Part shown: positions 31,456 to 42,070 of the stretch, in pieces
How the letters are laid out: each line of letters opens with the position of its first letter
Position numbering within the stretch: position 1 is the stretch's first letter
Origin: an uncultured Acidobacteriota bacterium
GTDB taxonomy: Bacteria; Acidobacteriota; Vicinamibacteria; Vicinamibacterales; UBA8438
DNA length: 64,000 nt
Direction of reading: 5' to 3'
Assembly: GCA_913043225.1 (NCBI GenBank)
Contig: CAJWLU010000002.1
Coordinates: forward strand, 239,690-303,689
The notes under the pieces: model-generated
What the model was told of the DNA's origin: nothing
The model's input: the letters and a program-made list of their open reading frames with translations, nothing else
The model's database searches: none
Program-made: the position numbers and the translations under genes

Positions 31456-32385
31456 CTACGCTTCGTCCGTCTGCTCGCCATCATTTTTGGCGGGCAGGCG
31501 GACTTCCTGTCCCAGCTGCCGTTCGTAGAGCTTCACCATCGCGCTCTTTGGCTCGTCGCCAAGTCCTTCAGCGATGGCGCGTTCATAGATCCCGATCATC
31601 GTCTCGACTAGCGGCAACTCGGCGCCGAGTTCCCGCGTCACGTCCTGGATATTGACGATGTCCTTGTGGGCCGCCTGGAGCGAAAAGTCGCCGTGGAACT
31701 CGCGGCGCAGGATACGCGGTACGAAGAAGTCGCTGGCGAAGCTCCGGGCGCTGCCCGAGGTCACGACGTCCGCTACCGCCGTCGGCGCTAGCCCAGCTTT
31801 CAACGCCAGCGGCAGCACCTCGCACAGGGCCGCGATGTTAACGTCGTAGATGATGTTGTTGACCGCTTTCATCAGCTGCCCGCTGCCGACCGGGCCGCAA
31901 TGCACGATGAACTGGCCAAGGATGTCCAGATAGGGCTGGGCTTCGGTGAATGCCGTGTTGGTGCCGCCGAACATGATTGTGAGCGATCCGTCTTCGGCGC
32001 GGTGTGGCTTTCCCGATATCGGGCAGTCGCTGTAGCGGATACCGGCCGCCTCGCAGCGTTCCGCCAGTCGCACGGCGGAGCCACGGTTCATGGTGGTGGT
32101 ATCCACCACCGCGAGCGTCCCGGAGTCTCTGGAGGACACCCCGTTCTCGCCAAACAGCACCACCTCGGCTTCAATCTCGGAAGGGACGCACAGGAACAGG
32201 ATGTCGACCCGTTCGGCGAGGGCCTTCGGGGTCTCGGCCCTAGGCACGCCGACCTCGGCGAGTCGTTCGACCGGTTCCGCCTGCACGTCGAAGACCGTCA
32301 GCGGGACGTTCGCTGCGATCAGGTTGCTGGCCATGGCGAAGCCCATCCGTCCCAGTCCGATGAAGCCGGCGTTCGCGTTCTGCAT
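31456..32385 (-). CDS. NAD(P)-dependent beta-hydroxyacid dehydrogenase (3-hydroxyisobutyrate dehydrogenase family)
   Basis: GFIGLGRMG, DCPISG, GSGQLMKAVNN, HKD. Confidence 0.9.
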   Translation of the reverse strand: MQNANAGFIGLGRMGFAMASNLIAANVPLTVFDVQAEPVERLAEVGVPRAETPKALAERVDILFLCVPSEIEAEVVLFGENGVSSRDSGTLAVVDTTTMNRGSAVRLAERCEAAGIRYSDCPISGKPHRAEDGSLTIMFGGTNTAFTEAQPYLDILGQFIVHCGPVGSGQLMKAVNNIIYDVNIAALCEVLPLALKAGLAPTAVADVVTSGSARSFASDFFVPRILRREFHGDFSLQAAHKDIVNIQDVTRELGAELPLVETMIGIYERAIAEGLGDEPKSAMVKLYERQLGQEVRLPAKNDGEQTDEA

Positions 32386-32410
32386 GATCTCCTCGGGATG
32401 GCCGCCGTCG

Positions 32411-32692
32411 CTATCGCGTCCAGTCGAAGCCGATCGACCAGGACAGCTCGTCGGTGGGTTTCGCGTCGTCGAGCGGGAAGAGCATGGCCGTCGAAAGTAG
32501 CCAGGTGCCCGCCGTGTGGTGCTTCACCCCGACCGAGCCGAGGCGTAAGTTGAGGTCGCCCGCTTGGCGGTGCAGTTGCTGGACGCTGCCGTCGTTGGCG
32601 ATCTGCGCTTGAGCCGGCCCCAGCCGCAGTCGGCCAATGTTGGTGATGGTGCGGGCGGTGAAGTCAGGTCGACGGCTTAGCATGTTTGTCAT
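32411..32692 (-). pseudogene. Probable C-terminal fragment of an outer-membrane beta-barrel protein (93 aa)
   Basis: Alternating-strand tail LNLRLGSVGVKHH...LLSTAMLFPL...WSIGFDW; no signal peptide; too short for a barrel. Confidence 0.35.
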
Positions 32693-32773
32693 GGGTTCGT
32701 CCCCCGTCGGAGTGGTGGCGCGGGCGGCAGTATAATCCCGACTTACGCCTTAGGCATTGCGAGGAACAGTTTG

Positions 32774-34435
32774 ATGACATCGATGTCCCGCTTTCTTGTC
32801 GCGACGTTAACGCTGACTCTGCTGCTTGCTCCGAACATGGGTTCCGCCGATGTGCTGTCGGTGGACGTCGCCGAGCGGGTGCGGGTCGAGGATGCCGGAT
32901 TCGGCGAGACCGGTGCCTACGAGCAGATCGTTGGCACGATCACGTTCGGCATCGACCCGGACGATCCGCGGAATGCGGTCATCGTGAATTTGGATCGCGC
33001 GCCGCGTAACGCCCAAGGGCTTGTCGAAGCCACCGGTGACCTGCTGATCCTGGCTCCGGCCGATCCGGCACGGGGCAACGGCATCGCGCTGGTCGATATC
33101 GCTAACCGCGGGCGGTTGACCGCGCTTGGCTTCAACCGCGGTGGCAGCGGCCCGTATGGCGACGGGTTTCTCATGCGGGAGGGCTACACGGTGGTCTGGG
33201 TCGGGTGGGAGTTCGACGTACCGGGGGATCGACCCATAAAGTTGGTGGTGCCAGAGGTGGATGGTCACCCGGTGGGCGGGCTCGGTTTCGCGACCGTGCG
33301 CGACACGGCCTCCTGGATCAAGTACGACGCCGAGTCTGTGGTCAGCGCCGAACACCTGCTATCGTTCGGCTCATCGCAGAGTGGCCGCTATCTGCGCACG
33401 TTCCTCTATCTCGGGTTTAACACCGATACCGAGGGACGTCCGGTCTTCGACGGCATGATTCCGCACATCGCTGGAGCGTCGCGTCTGGATCTGAACCAGC
33501 CGGGGGCGACACCGATTTCGCTCGGGATGTTTGACGCCACCTCGTTTCCCTTCGCCGATGCCGCCATGCAGGATCCGCTGACCGGGGCTACCGACGGCAC
33601 CCTCGGGAACGACCGGAGCCGGGGTAACCAGCCGCGTATCTTCTACACCAACACCGGCGTCGAGTACTGGGGCGGTGGCCGGGTGGCGACGCTGGTGCAT
33701 TCGACTCCCGACGGAACCCGGGACATCGAGTTGCAGGATAACGTGAGGTTCTACTTCTTCGCCGGCACCCAGCACGGGCCTGGAGCGTTTCCCCCCTCGC
33801 AGGCACGGAGCAGCCAGGAGATGGGGAACCCCACGGACTACTGGTGGAACATGCGCGCTCTTCTGGCCTCGCTGCGGTCTTGGGTGGTCGATGGTGTTGC
33901 CCCTCCGCCCAGCAGTCACCCCAGGTTCGCTGACGGCAATCTCGTCGCACCCCGAGATGTGACGTTTCCCGCCATTCCGAACGTGCGTTCACCGGCCGAT
34001 CGTACAGGTGGAGAGCGGGTCGCGAATCCCTGGCTCGAGGATGGAGTCGAAGCGGGCGCCGAGCTGCCGATGCTGATTCCGCAGGTCGATGAGGACGGCA
34101 ACGAGGTCGCGGGCATCATGCACCCCGAGGTCAAGGTGCCACTGGCCACCTATACTGGGTGGAACTTCACCAATCCGGACGCGGGTGACCCGAACACGCT
34201 GGTGTCGCTGGCCGGGTCCTATATCCCGTTCCCGGCGACTCAGGCCGAGCGTGACCGGACAGGAGACCCGCGTCGCTCGATTGAGGAACGCTACGACTCG
34301 CGGGCCGACTACCTCCGTCGAATCGAGGCGGCCGGCCGGCGCCTGATAGAGCAGCGTTACCTGCTCGAGCCGGACCTGGTGCCGATCCTGGAGCGTGCCG
34401 GTGCGCACTGGGATCTGCTGACGAGGGGAAACTAG
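32774..34435 (+). CDS. Secreted alpha/beta-hydrolase-domain protein
   Basis: Signal peptide; NRG, GYTVVWVGWEFD, nucleophile-elbow-like GSSQSGRYLR, EYW, GTQH, DGNE.AG; TATAAT at 32731-32736. Confidence 0.8.
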   Translation: MTSMSRFLVATLTLTLLLAPNMGSADVLSVDVAERVRVEDAGFGETGAYEQIVGTITFGIDPDDPRNAVIVNLDRAPRNAQGLVEATGDLLILAPADPARGNGIALVDIANRGRLTALGFNRGGSGPYGDGFLMREGYTVVWVGWEFDVPGDRPIKLVVPEVDGHPVGGLGFATVRDTASWIKYDAESVVSAEHLLSFGSSQSGRYLRTFLYLGFNTDTEGRPVFDGMIPHIAGASRLDLNQPGATPISLGMFDATSFPFADAAMQDPLTGATDGTLGNDRSRGNQPRIFYTNTGVEYWGGGRVATLVHSTPDGTRDIELQDNVRFYFFAGTQHGPGAFPPSQARSSQEMGNPTDYWWNMRALLASLRSWVVDGVAPPPSSHPRFADGNLVAPRDVTFPAIPNVRSPADRTGGERVANPWLEDGVEAGAELPMLIPQVDEDGNEVAGIMHPEVKVPLATYTGWNFTNPDAGDPNTLVSLAGSYIPFPATQAERDRTGDPRRSIEERYDSRADYLRRIEAAGRRLIEQRYLLEPDLVPILERAGAHWDLLTRGN

Positions 34436-34513
34436 TTCCCTACGACTCACCCTTCTTCTTGCTGCTCTTGGAGGAGCCAGACTTCTACCGACGCGGGTCA
34501 CGACGCGTAGCGA

Positions 34514-36187
34514 CTACTCGGCGGTCAGACCGGTGAGGCCACCAACCATTTCCCGTCGTTCGCCGTCGCCCGCCCACAGGATTTGCTCGGCTTGGTGCAG
34601 CAGCGCTCGCAGTCCAGTGCGGCGCAGGGCCGACACCGCCACACCCTCGTGGTCTCGCAGCAGCCGGTCCACCTCATCCTTCTCTAGCTTGTCGATCTGG
34701 TTGAACACCAGCAACTCTTGGGCGCTGATGCCGATTTCCTGCAGTACTCCGCGCACCGCCTCGATCCGCCGCTCGCGGTCTGGCGCTGACGCATCGACCA
34801 CGTGAAGCAATAGCGACGCGTCGCTCAACTCTTCGAGTGTGGCGCGAAAGGCGGTCACCAGGTCGGTCGGTAGGTCTCGGATGAAGCCGACCGTATCGGT
34901 GATGATTACCTCTCGCTCTCGCGGAAATCGAAGCCGCCTCGACACCGGATCGAGGGTCGCGAACATCTGGTCGGCCACGTGGACGTGCGTCCGGGTCAGC
35001 GCGCGGATCAGCGTACTCTTTCCGGCGTTGGTGTAGCCAACGATTGAGAGCACGGGTACGTCGCGTCGCCCGCGCCGCTGGCGGCGGTTTTGCCGCTGAC
35101 TGCCGAGTTTCTTGAGCTCCCGTTCGAGCCGCGTGACCCGATCGCGAGTTCGCCGCCGGTCGACTTCCAGCTTGGTTTCTCCAGGGCCCCGGCCGCCGAT
35201 ACCTCCGGCGAGGCGGGAGAGCGAGATGTCGGCCCGTTGCGTCAGTCGAGGGAGCAGGTACTTCAGCTGTGCAAGCTCTACCTGCAGCTTGCCGTCCCTG
35301 GTCGTGGCGTGCTGGGCGAAGATGTCCAGGATAAGCTGGGTCCGATCGATGACCCTGAGCTCCATCCGCTCGGCCAAGTTGCGAGCCTGCGTGGGGGTCA
35401 TGTCCTGGTCCACGATGACCAGGTTGATGCCGCTCTGAAACGCCCGGATGACCAGGTCGTTCAGCTTGCCTGACCCAACGACCGTCTTTGGGTCGACTCG
35501 GGGCCGATGCTGGGTGACCACGTCGACAATCTCGACGCCGGCTGACCGAGCCAGTTCGCGTAGCTCTTCGACATGAATCTCGAGGGCGGTGGGATTGCGC
35601 CCCGCGGTGACCGATACCAGGATGGCCTTCTCCCGTCCACCGATCTCACGGGCCCCGGTCGCGCGTGCGAGTGCCTCCTCCCGCTCCCGGATCCAGAGCT
35701 CGAAATCGATGTCGAGCTGGGACGGTGGACGAGGGTCAAGGAGTTCGACCCCGTCGCCGGTCTCGGTGACCGGCGTCAGGGCAGCCGTATGGGCCAGGGT
35801 GGGGAGGCCGTCCTCACCGACGCCGATGGTGACCATGGCGTCGAGCCGGAGCAGGAGGAGGTCTGAACGGTCGTCTTGGCTGAGTCCTTCGTCCGCTAGG
35901 TGGGTGTGCAGACAGCGGAGTCCACGTAGTCGGCCGCGGCCCGCCCGGAGCCGGCCCCAGTCGGGCAGCTTGATCGACTGGGCATCGCCAACCATCACGT
36001 GCTGGACGTCGCCCCGACGTCCGACCAGCACGCCTACCTGACGGTGGACCTCGCGACTAATCTCGGTGAGCTGTCGGGCGAGCTCTTGGGTCAGCAGCTG
36101 GTCGGCTGGAATCCGGCGGCGGAACAACCGTTCCAGTTGACGAATCTGATTGGCCTTGAGCCCGGCCGTGTTACCGAAGACTTGCAC
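34514..36187 (-). CDS. hflX: GTPase HflX, long form with N-terminal extension
   Basis: GGIGGRGPGETKLE; G1 GYTNAGKS, G2 FATLD, G3 DTVG, G4 NQID. Confidence 0.95.
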   Translation of the reverse strand: MQVFGNTAGLKANQIRQLERLFRRRIPADQLLTQELARQLTEISREVHRQVGVLVGRRGDVQHVMVGDAQSIKLPDWGRLRAGRGRLRGLRCLHTHLADEGLSQDDRSDLLLLRLDAMVTIGVGEDGLPTLAHTAALTPVTETGDGVELLDPRPPSQLDIDFELWIREREEALARATGAREIGGREKAILVSVTAGRNPTALEIHVEELRELARSAGVEIVDVVTQHRPRVDPKTVVGSGKLNDLVIRAFQSGINLVIVDQDMTPTQARNLAERMELRVIDRTQLILDIFAQHATTRDGKLQVELAQLKYLLPRLTQRADISLSRLAGGIGGRGPGETKLEVDRRRTRDRVTRLERELKKLGSQRQNRRQRRGRRDVPVLSIVGYTNAGKSTLIRALTRTHVHVADQMFATLDPVSRRLRFPREREVIITDTVGFIRDLPTDLVTAFRATLEELSDASLLLHVVDASAPDRERRIEAVRGVLQEIGISAQELLVFNQIDKLEKDEVDRLLRDHEGVAVSALRRTGLRALLHQAEQILWAGDGERREMVGGLTGLTAE

Positions 36188-36235
36188 GCGGCCTCTGCTA
36201 GTTCACGTTCTCGCTGGCGAAAGCGCAGCATTGGC

Positions 36236-37594
36236 CTACTGCCACCGTGCCCTCAGGCTTTCTCGGTCGACGGCCTCACCGTTGAGGTATACCGAGTCGA
36301 TGTCTCGCGTGTTACCGATGCTGTAAATCGGGTTGGCGTTGAGCACGATGAAGTCGGCCCGATTCCCGGGTGCGAGCAGCCCGGTGTTGGTGCCGAGCAC
36401 CGCGGCTGGGGCGCTGGTCGCGATCTCGATGGCCTTGGCTGGCGAGATGCCGGCCTCAACGATCAACTCGAGCTCGTAGTGCTCCATGTATCCCTGGATG
36501 TGGTCTTGGATACCGGTGTCAGCGCCAAGCACCAGCGTGACTCCGGCGTCGGACAGCTTCTTGAGGCTCCTAAGCATCATGTCGAACGATTCGGCGCCGC
36601 GGGCGGCCGTCTCCTCGTCCCGGTTCTCGTAGGACTGGCGGATGCGGTCGATCGCATCGGCGGAGGTCGACTCGGACAGCATCGGCAGATCGACCCACGC
36701 GGGCGGCGCGGCATTGCGTGCCCGCTCCGACACGGCCAGGTTCGGCATGACGAAGACATCGTTCTCGACGATGGCGGCGACTAGTTCGTCATCCATCTCG
36801 ACGTCCCGGGCGAGATGGGCGAAGCCGTCGATGTTAGCTTCTACCAGTTCCATGGCGTCCTTGGCATAAAAGATGTGGGCAATCACGCGGAGGTCGTTTG
36901 CGTGTGCCTCCTCGATGATCGGACGGTAGAGGTCGGGGCCGAGTTTCTCTACCGAGCCGCCCCGGTCGTCGACCCAGATCTTAAGGAAGTCGGCATCGGT
37001 GGCCGCGATCGCGCGAACCGCCTCCCGCGCTTCCTCCTCGGTGGATGCGCCCAGTGCAGTCGGTCGCATGGTCGCGGCTCCCGGTCCGGCGTCCGGTCGG
37101 GCGATGCCGCGGAAGGCGGTGTGGAGCCGGGCGCCGCCCTGAGTGCCCGCTTCCTGGTCCGCCTTGATCTCGAAAGCCAGTTCACCCGGGTCGGTGCCCA
37201 ACGACACGATCACGCCGACGCCATGGTAGGCGTAGCGGTCGAGTTGGTCGGTGATGATTTCCCGCGTGTAGTTCGCGCTGTCGAAGCTCAGGTCGTCGAC
37301 GAACCCGACGTGTCCGTGTAGGTCCACCATGGTCGGCATCACCGTCTTGCCGGCCAGGTCCACCACTGTTGCGCCCTCGGGAATGGCAACGTTTGCCGCC
37401 AGGCCGACGTCGGTGATGACGCCGTTGTCCACGACGATGACGCCGCCGCCGAGAGGCGGACCGCCGTTGCCGGTGATCACGGTGGCACCCTCGTAAGCCA
37501 CGGCACTGATAGCGGGGCCGTCCGATCCACCGCCTCCGCAGGCCGCGGAGATGACGAGCAGGCCGATGAGAACCGAGGTTGGTCGCTTGGTCAT
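36236..37594 (-). CDS. Amidohydrolase family lipoprotein
   Basis: Lipobox ISAAC; MPTMVDLHGH (HxH), IAH, FAH, GADTG, G.LAPGNRADFIVLNANP. Confidence 0.88.
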   Translation of the reverse strand: MTKRPTSVLIGLLVISAACGGGGSDGPAISAVAYEGATVITGNGGPPLGGGVIVVDNGVITDVGLAANVAIPEGATVVDLAGKTVMPTMVDLHGHVGFVDDLSFDSANYTREIITDQLDRYAYHGVGVIVSLGTDPGELAFEIKADQEAGTQGGARLHTAFRGIARPDAGPGAATMRPTALGASTEEEAREAVRAIAATDADFLKIWVDDRGGSVEKLGPDLYRPIIEEAHANDLRVIAHIFYAKDAMELVEANIDGFAHLARDVEMDDELVAAIVENDVFVMPNLAVSERARNAAPPAWVDLPMLSESTSADAIDRIRQSYENRDEETAARGAESFDMMLRSLKKLSDAGVTLVLGADTGIQDHIQGYMEHYELELIVEAGISPAKAIEIATSAPAAVLGTNTGLLAPGNRADFIVLNANPIYSIGNTRDIDSVYLNGEAVDRESLRARWQ

Positions 37595-37776
37595 GTTTCT
37601 CGATTATAGCCGCGTGGTTCCCTCGGTGCCGGTCGCGCCGGTAGCGGGTCTGAGAACGCAGTCAGCCACCTTGCGGGCATTCGGTGATGCCGTTCGGAGA
37701 CCAAATGCCTGCGCTCTGCCGGCGACTGCGCCAGGGCCTACGGTCCAAGGGGCAGGGAGTGACGTAGGATCCCATA

Positions 37777-39372
37777 GTGACTTACGACTACATCGTGATC
37801 GGGGGTGGTACGGCCGGGTGCGTGCTGGCCAACCGTCTCTCGGCCGACGCCGACGTCTCGGTGCTACTTCTAGAGGCCGGGGGCAAGGACGACTACTTCT
37901 GGATCGATATCCCGGTCGGCTATCTCTACACCATCGGGAATCCTCGCACTGACTGGTGCTACAAGATCGAACCGGATCCCGGGCTCAACGGCCGGACCAT
38001 CCTGTATGCGCGCGGCAAGGTGCTCGGAGGGTGTTCGTCGATCAACGCCATGATCTACATGCGTGGTCAGCGAAGCGACTATGACCACTGGGCTTCTCTC
38101 GGGAACCGCGGCTGGGGCTGGGACGACGTGCTGCCGGTGTTCAAGAAGTCGGAAGACTACGTGCATGGCGCGGACGAGTTCCACGGGGTCGGCGGCGAGA
38201 TGCGGGTGGAAGAGAAGCGGGTGAGCTGGGAAATTCTGGATGCCTGGCGCGATGCGGCCGAGGAGTGCGGTATCCCCAAGATCGACGAATTCAACCGGGG
38301 CGACAACTTTGGTAACGCCTATTTCCAGATGAATCAGCGGGGTGGACGCCGCTGGAGCGGTACCAAAGCCTACCTGCGTCCGATCGCCGACCGTGCGAAT
38401 CTCACGGTTCGCACCAATGCTCACGTCGAGCGGTTGCTGGTGGACTCTGCCGGCGGCCAACGGCGCGCGACCGGCGTGCGGCTGGTCGGTGGCGACGAGA
38501 TCCGGGCCGGGCGCGAAGTCATCTTGGCCGCTGGCGCCGTCGGCTCACCGCAGATCATGCAGCTGTCGGGCATCGGGGACGGGGCGACGCTCCAGGGCTA
38601 CGGTATCGACGTGGTCAATGACCTGCCCGGTGTCGGCGAGAACCTGCACGATCATCTGCAGATCCGCACCATCTTCAAGGTCAAGAACACGGTCACTCTG
38701 AATCAGCGCATGTCACTGTGGGGTCAGGCGATGATGGGGTTGGAGTACTTTCTGTTTAAGACCGGTCCGCTGACCATGCCGCCGTCGCAGCTCGGAGCGT
38801 TCGCCAAGAGCGATCCCGGGCGCGAATTTGCCGACATGGAATGGCACGTCCAGCCGCTCTCGCTCGACAAGTTCGGCGACCCGCTCCACAAGTTCAACGC
38901 CATTACCCCATCAGTGTGCAACCTGCAGCCGACCAGCCGCGGGCACATCCGGATCAAGAGCTTGGATCCGGGTGACGCGCCCGCGATCACGCTGAACTAT
39001 CTGTCTACCGATGAGGATCTGGACATCGCCGTGAAGGGGCTCCGGTTTACCCGGAGGATCATGGCGGCCAACGCCTTAGCCCGGTTTGAGCCGACCGAGC
39101 ACCTCCCCGGGCCCCAGGTCGAGAGTGACGACGATCTGAGGAAAGCCGCGTCCGAGCTGGGGACGACCATTTTCCACCCGGTGGGCACCTGCAAGATGGG
39201 AAGCGACCCGATGGCCGTGGTTGACGCCCGTCTCTCGGTGCACGGGATGGACGGGTTGCGGGTGGTTGATGCGTCGGTCATGCCACGGATTACGTCCGGG
39301 AACACCAACGCGCCGACGGTGATGATTGCCGAGAAGGGTGCCGAGTTCATCCGAGAGGACGCCGGCCGGTAG
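37777..39372 (+). CDS. GMC family FAD oxidoreductase (choline/3-hydroxypropionate dehydrogenase-like)
   Basis: [42 protein letters not shown]. Confidence 0.93.
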   Translation: MTYDYIVIGGGTAGCVLANRLSADADVSVLLLEAGGKDDYFWIDIPVGYLYTIGNPRTDWCYKIEPDPGLNGRTILYARGKVLGGCSSINAMIYMRGQRSDYDHWASLGNRGWGWDDVLPVFKKSEDYVHGADEFHGVGGEMRVEEKRVSWEILDAWRDAAEECGIPKIDEFNRGDNFGNAYFQMNQRGGRRWSGTKAYLRPIADRANLTVRTNAHVERLLVDSAGGQRRATGVRLVGGDEIRAGREVILAAGAVGSPQIMQLSGIGDGATLQGYGIDVVNDLPGVGENLHDHLQIRTIFKVKNTVTLNQRMSLWGQAMMGLEYFLFKTGPLTMPPSQLGAFAKSDPGREFADMEWHVQPLSLDKFGDPLHKFNAITPSVCNLQPTSRGHIRIKSLDPGDAPAITLNYLSTDEDLDIAVKGLRFTRRIMAANALARFEPTEHLPGPQVESDDDLRKAASELGTTIFHPVGTCKMGSDPMAVVDARLSVHGMDGLRVVDASVMPRITSGNTNAPTVMIAEKGAEFIREDAGR

Positions 39373-39395
39373 GCCGGGACTTCGGCCCCGCCCAC

Positions 39396-41150
39396 TCAAT
39401 AGCCTCGCGCGGTGCCCGAGCCTCGCCGGTCGGCGTAGCCCGCGTAGTACCCCTCTGGCGTTTTCAGGATGCCGGCAGCCATCCCAATGCTTCGACGCTC
39501 CCTAAGCTCGTAGCCCAGCCGTTCGAGCTCTTTCTTCGTCTCCGCTGACAGCGCAAATGGCTCGTGGTCGATACGGTCGGGTAACCACTGGTGGTGGATG
39601 CGTGGTGCGTCAATCGCTTGCTGGAGATCCATCCCCCACAGGGTGATATTGAGGTAGATCTGCAACACGGTGTTGATGATGGTCGGACCGCCCGGGCTAC
39701 CCATCGTCATGTAGAAGTCGCCGAACTCCCGCACGATAGTCGGGGTCATCGACGAGAGCGGACGCTTACGCGGCTTGATCGAGTTCGCCTCGGCTCCCAG
39801 CATCCCGTATTGATTCGGGATGCCTGGCCGGGCCGAGAAATTGTCCATCTCGTTGTTCCAGACGAATCCAGCCCCTATCGCTACTGCGCCCAGGCCGTAG
39901 CCGCTATTGAGCGTGGTGGTGATCGCCGCCACGTTGCCCCAGCGGTCGGCCACGGTGAAGTGCGTGGTCTCTTCTGACTCTGCGGGGCCGTGTGACACCC
40001 CTTCGCTCCGGCCGGCCATGCCGTCCTGAGGGAGGAGCCGCCGACGCTGCTCCATGTACTCGCGTGAGAGCAGCCGGTCGACCGGTACGTCGAAGAAATC
40101 TGGGTCGCCCAGCCAGAAGTTCCGGTCGGCGAACGCCAGTCGCTGCGCCTCGGTCACCATCGAGACGGCTTCCGCCGAGTGATACCCGATCCGCTGTAGC
40201 ACTGGCATGTTCAGTAGCGCCAGGGTCTGGGCGATGGTCATGCCGCCCGAGCTTGGCACCGGATGCGTGATGAGCTCGTAGCGGTCGTGGTGAAACACCA
40301 ACGGTTCCCGCCATTTGGCCTCGTAGGCAGCCAGATCGTTGTGGCTGATCAGTCCCCCGTTGGCCTCCATGTCTGCGACGATCAGATCGGCCACTACCCC
40401 AGCGTAGAAGCCGTCACGGCCGTGATCCGCGATCGCTTGCAGCGTCGTGGCCAACTCTGACTGGGTCAACCGGTTGCCCATCTCGGGACTGTCGCCGTCG
40501 AGCCCGAACGTCTTGATCGATGATGGGAAGCGCCGGAGTCGTTGACTGCGCTTCAGGCTTCGGGCCAGTGAGTAGGAGATCGGGAAGCCGTCTCTAGCCA
40601 GCTCGATAGCTGGCGCAAGTATCTGTTGCCGGTCGAGTGTCCCGTACCTTTCCACCAGCTTCAGCATCCCGTCGACGCTTCCCGGGACGCCAACCCCCTG
40701 GTGGGTGTTGGTGCTGAGCTCAGGCTTCATCTTCCCGTGCGCGTCCACAAACATGTCGGTGGTAGCCGCCGACGGTGCCTCTTCGCGGAAGTCGAGCGCG
40801 AAGGTGTCTCCGTCGGCCAGGAGTCCCACCATGAATCCACCCCCACCGATATTGCCGGCGGTGGGATAGGTGACAGCCAGGGCGAACTGCACCGCGGCGG
40901 CGGCGTCGAAGGCGTTGCCTCCAGCCTTCAGGATGGCCAGGCCGACATCGGTGGCCAGTGGCTCGGGTGACGCCACCATGCCGTTGGCCGCGACGTTCGG
41001 TCGGGTGTCCACGGCGACGCCGGCCGCCAGGAGCAGACCTACGACGGCCAGCACAGATCGGACGAGCCAAGTGGTGCGGGGTGAGCGAAATGAAGCGGGG
41101 TTGGACGACATCAGGGCCTCCGGGTCGTCTGGTACGGTCGGTTGGGCCAT
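39396..41150 (-). CDS. ggt: Gamma-glutamyltransferase
   Basis: GGNAFDAA, GNIGGGGF, autoprocessing ETTHF, NNEMDNF, PLSSMTP, GSPGG. Confidence 0.95.
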   Translation of the reverse strand: MAQPTVPDDPEALMSSNPASFRSPRTTWLVRSVLAVVGLLLAAGVAVDTRPNVAANGMVASPEPLATDVGLAILKAGGNAFDAAAAVQFALAVTYPTAGNIGGGGFMVGLLADGDTFALDFREEAPSAATTDMFVDAHGKMKPELSTNTHQGVGVPGSVDGMLKLVERYGTLDRQQILAPAIELARDGFPISYSLARSLKRSQRLRRFPSSIKTFGLDGDSPEMGNRLTQSELATTLQAIADHGRDGFYAGVVADLIVADMEANGGLISHNDLAAYEAKWREPLVFHHDRYELITHPVPSSGGMTIAQTLALLNMPVLQRIGYHSAEAVSMVTEAQRLAFADRNFWLGDPDFFDVPVDRLLSREYMEQRRRLLPQDGMAGRSEGVSHGPAESEETTHFTVADRWGNVAAITTTLNSGYGLGAVAIGAGFVWNNEMDNFSARPGIPNQYGMLGAEANSIKPRKRPLSSMTPTIVREFGDFYMTMGSPGGPTIINTVLQIYLNITLWGMDLQQAIDAPRIHHQWLPDRIDHEPFALSAETKKELERLGYELRERRSIGMAAGILKTPEGYYAGYADRRGSGTARGY

Positions 41151-41157
41151 CTTACCC

Positions 41158-41376
41158 TTAACGGGTGCGCCCGGTCCGAGGCGGCTGCTGCTGTGCGGCA
41201 GCAGCTATGGTCGCTCCTATCTCCGGGCGGTTGCGCCGGTGTTCGACCGGCCGGCCAGGATCTCGCGGGAACCGGTGAGGCTTACTCCCCAGGCAGAGCT
41301 GATCGAGCGCTGGAAGGACGGGAGTGCGGTCGGTGAGGCTCTTCGTCGGGTCGAGGCGTTTCTGGCGGCGCACTGA
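41158..41376 (+). pseudogene. Start-less coding remnant (reductase-like start joined to hydrolase-like end)
   Basis: RRLLLCGSSYGRSYLRAV followed by [21 protein letters not shown]...RVEAFLAAH*; no start codon before these motifs. Confidence 0.35.
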
Positions 41377-42070
41377 CCGATGATCCGGACCACGCGGCGA
41401 GCGCGAACGTGACCGTGGTCCGAGCGTCGTTGTCCTCCTCGGCCGCCACTCGCTCGACGAGCGGAGTTTCGACGTCGTCAACAACGTCCAGGCAGAGTCG
41501 CATCTCGTCGACGAGAGCGGGGTCTGCCTTCTTGAAACACAGAGGGCAAGGGGGGAAGTCATCGCCGGAGCGGTGGAGTGGTGGCCCGTGGGTCCGGCAG
41601 GCGAGCGGCCGCCATTCGTAGATCAGGCAGGTGCCAGAGTTTGGGCAGAGCGCCGGACAGGGCACGTCGGCGAACGCCTTGTAGTGATGGCGTTCCTCCT
41701 CTTCCGAGCGGAGCTGCCCGACTTGCTCCGGGGCGAAGGTGGAGGTCTGAGCCGCTGCAGTGGCCAGAGCTCGTTCGACGATGCCCTGCGCTGTGTCGGC
41801 GGCGGTGCTCGCCAGTGCGTCCAGACCCCGCCGCAGTCGCCAGGCGTCGAGCGGCGTTATCGAGAACGGCCCGAAGCAGCAGGGTGAGCAGCCGGAACCG
41901 CAGACGACGTGGTCGCCGGCCTTTGCCGTCGCCTCGGCGCTGGCCGCATCGACCAGCGCGACTAGGCACCGGTCGTCCGCGACGAGGAAGGATGCGTCTG
42001 GCGGCTCAGGCGCCGAACTTGGCTTTGGCCTCTCGCCGTCTGGCGTGGAGGATCGGCTCGGTGTAGCCAT
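41282..42070 (-). CDS. YkgJ family cysteine-cluster (Zn/Fe-S) protein
   Basis: [13 protein letters not shown]...[20 protein letters not shown]. Start uncertain; overlaps the end of glcB. Confidence 0.85.
   Translation of the reverse strand: MATPSRSSTPDGERPKPSSAPEPPDASFLVADDRCLVALVDAASAEATAKAGDHVVCGSGCSPCCFGPFSITPLDAWRLRRGLDALASTAADTAQGIVERALATAAAQTSTFAPEQVGQLRSEEEERHHYKAFADVPCPALCPNSGTCLIYEWRPLACRTHGPPLHRSGDDFPPCPLCFKKADPALVDEMRLCLDVVDDVETPLVERVAAEEDNDARTTVTFALAAWSGSSVSAPPETPRPDEEPHRPHSRPSSARSALPGE

Noticed and set aside
37777..39372. Naming this gene betA
   Set aside because: No betB/betI context and motifs fit another GMC subfamily.
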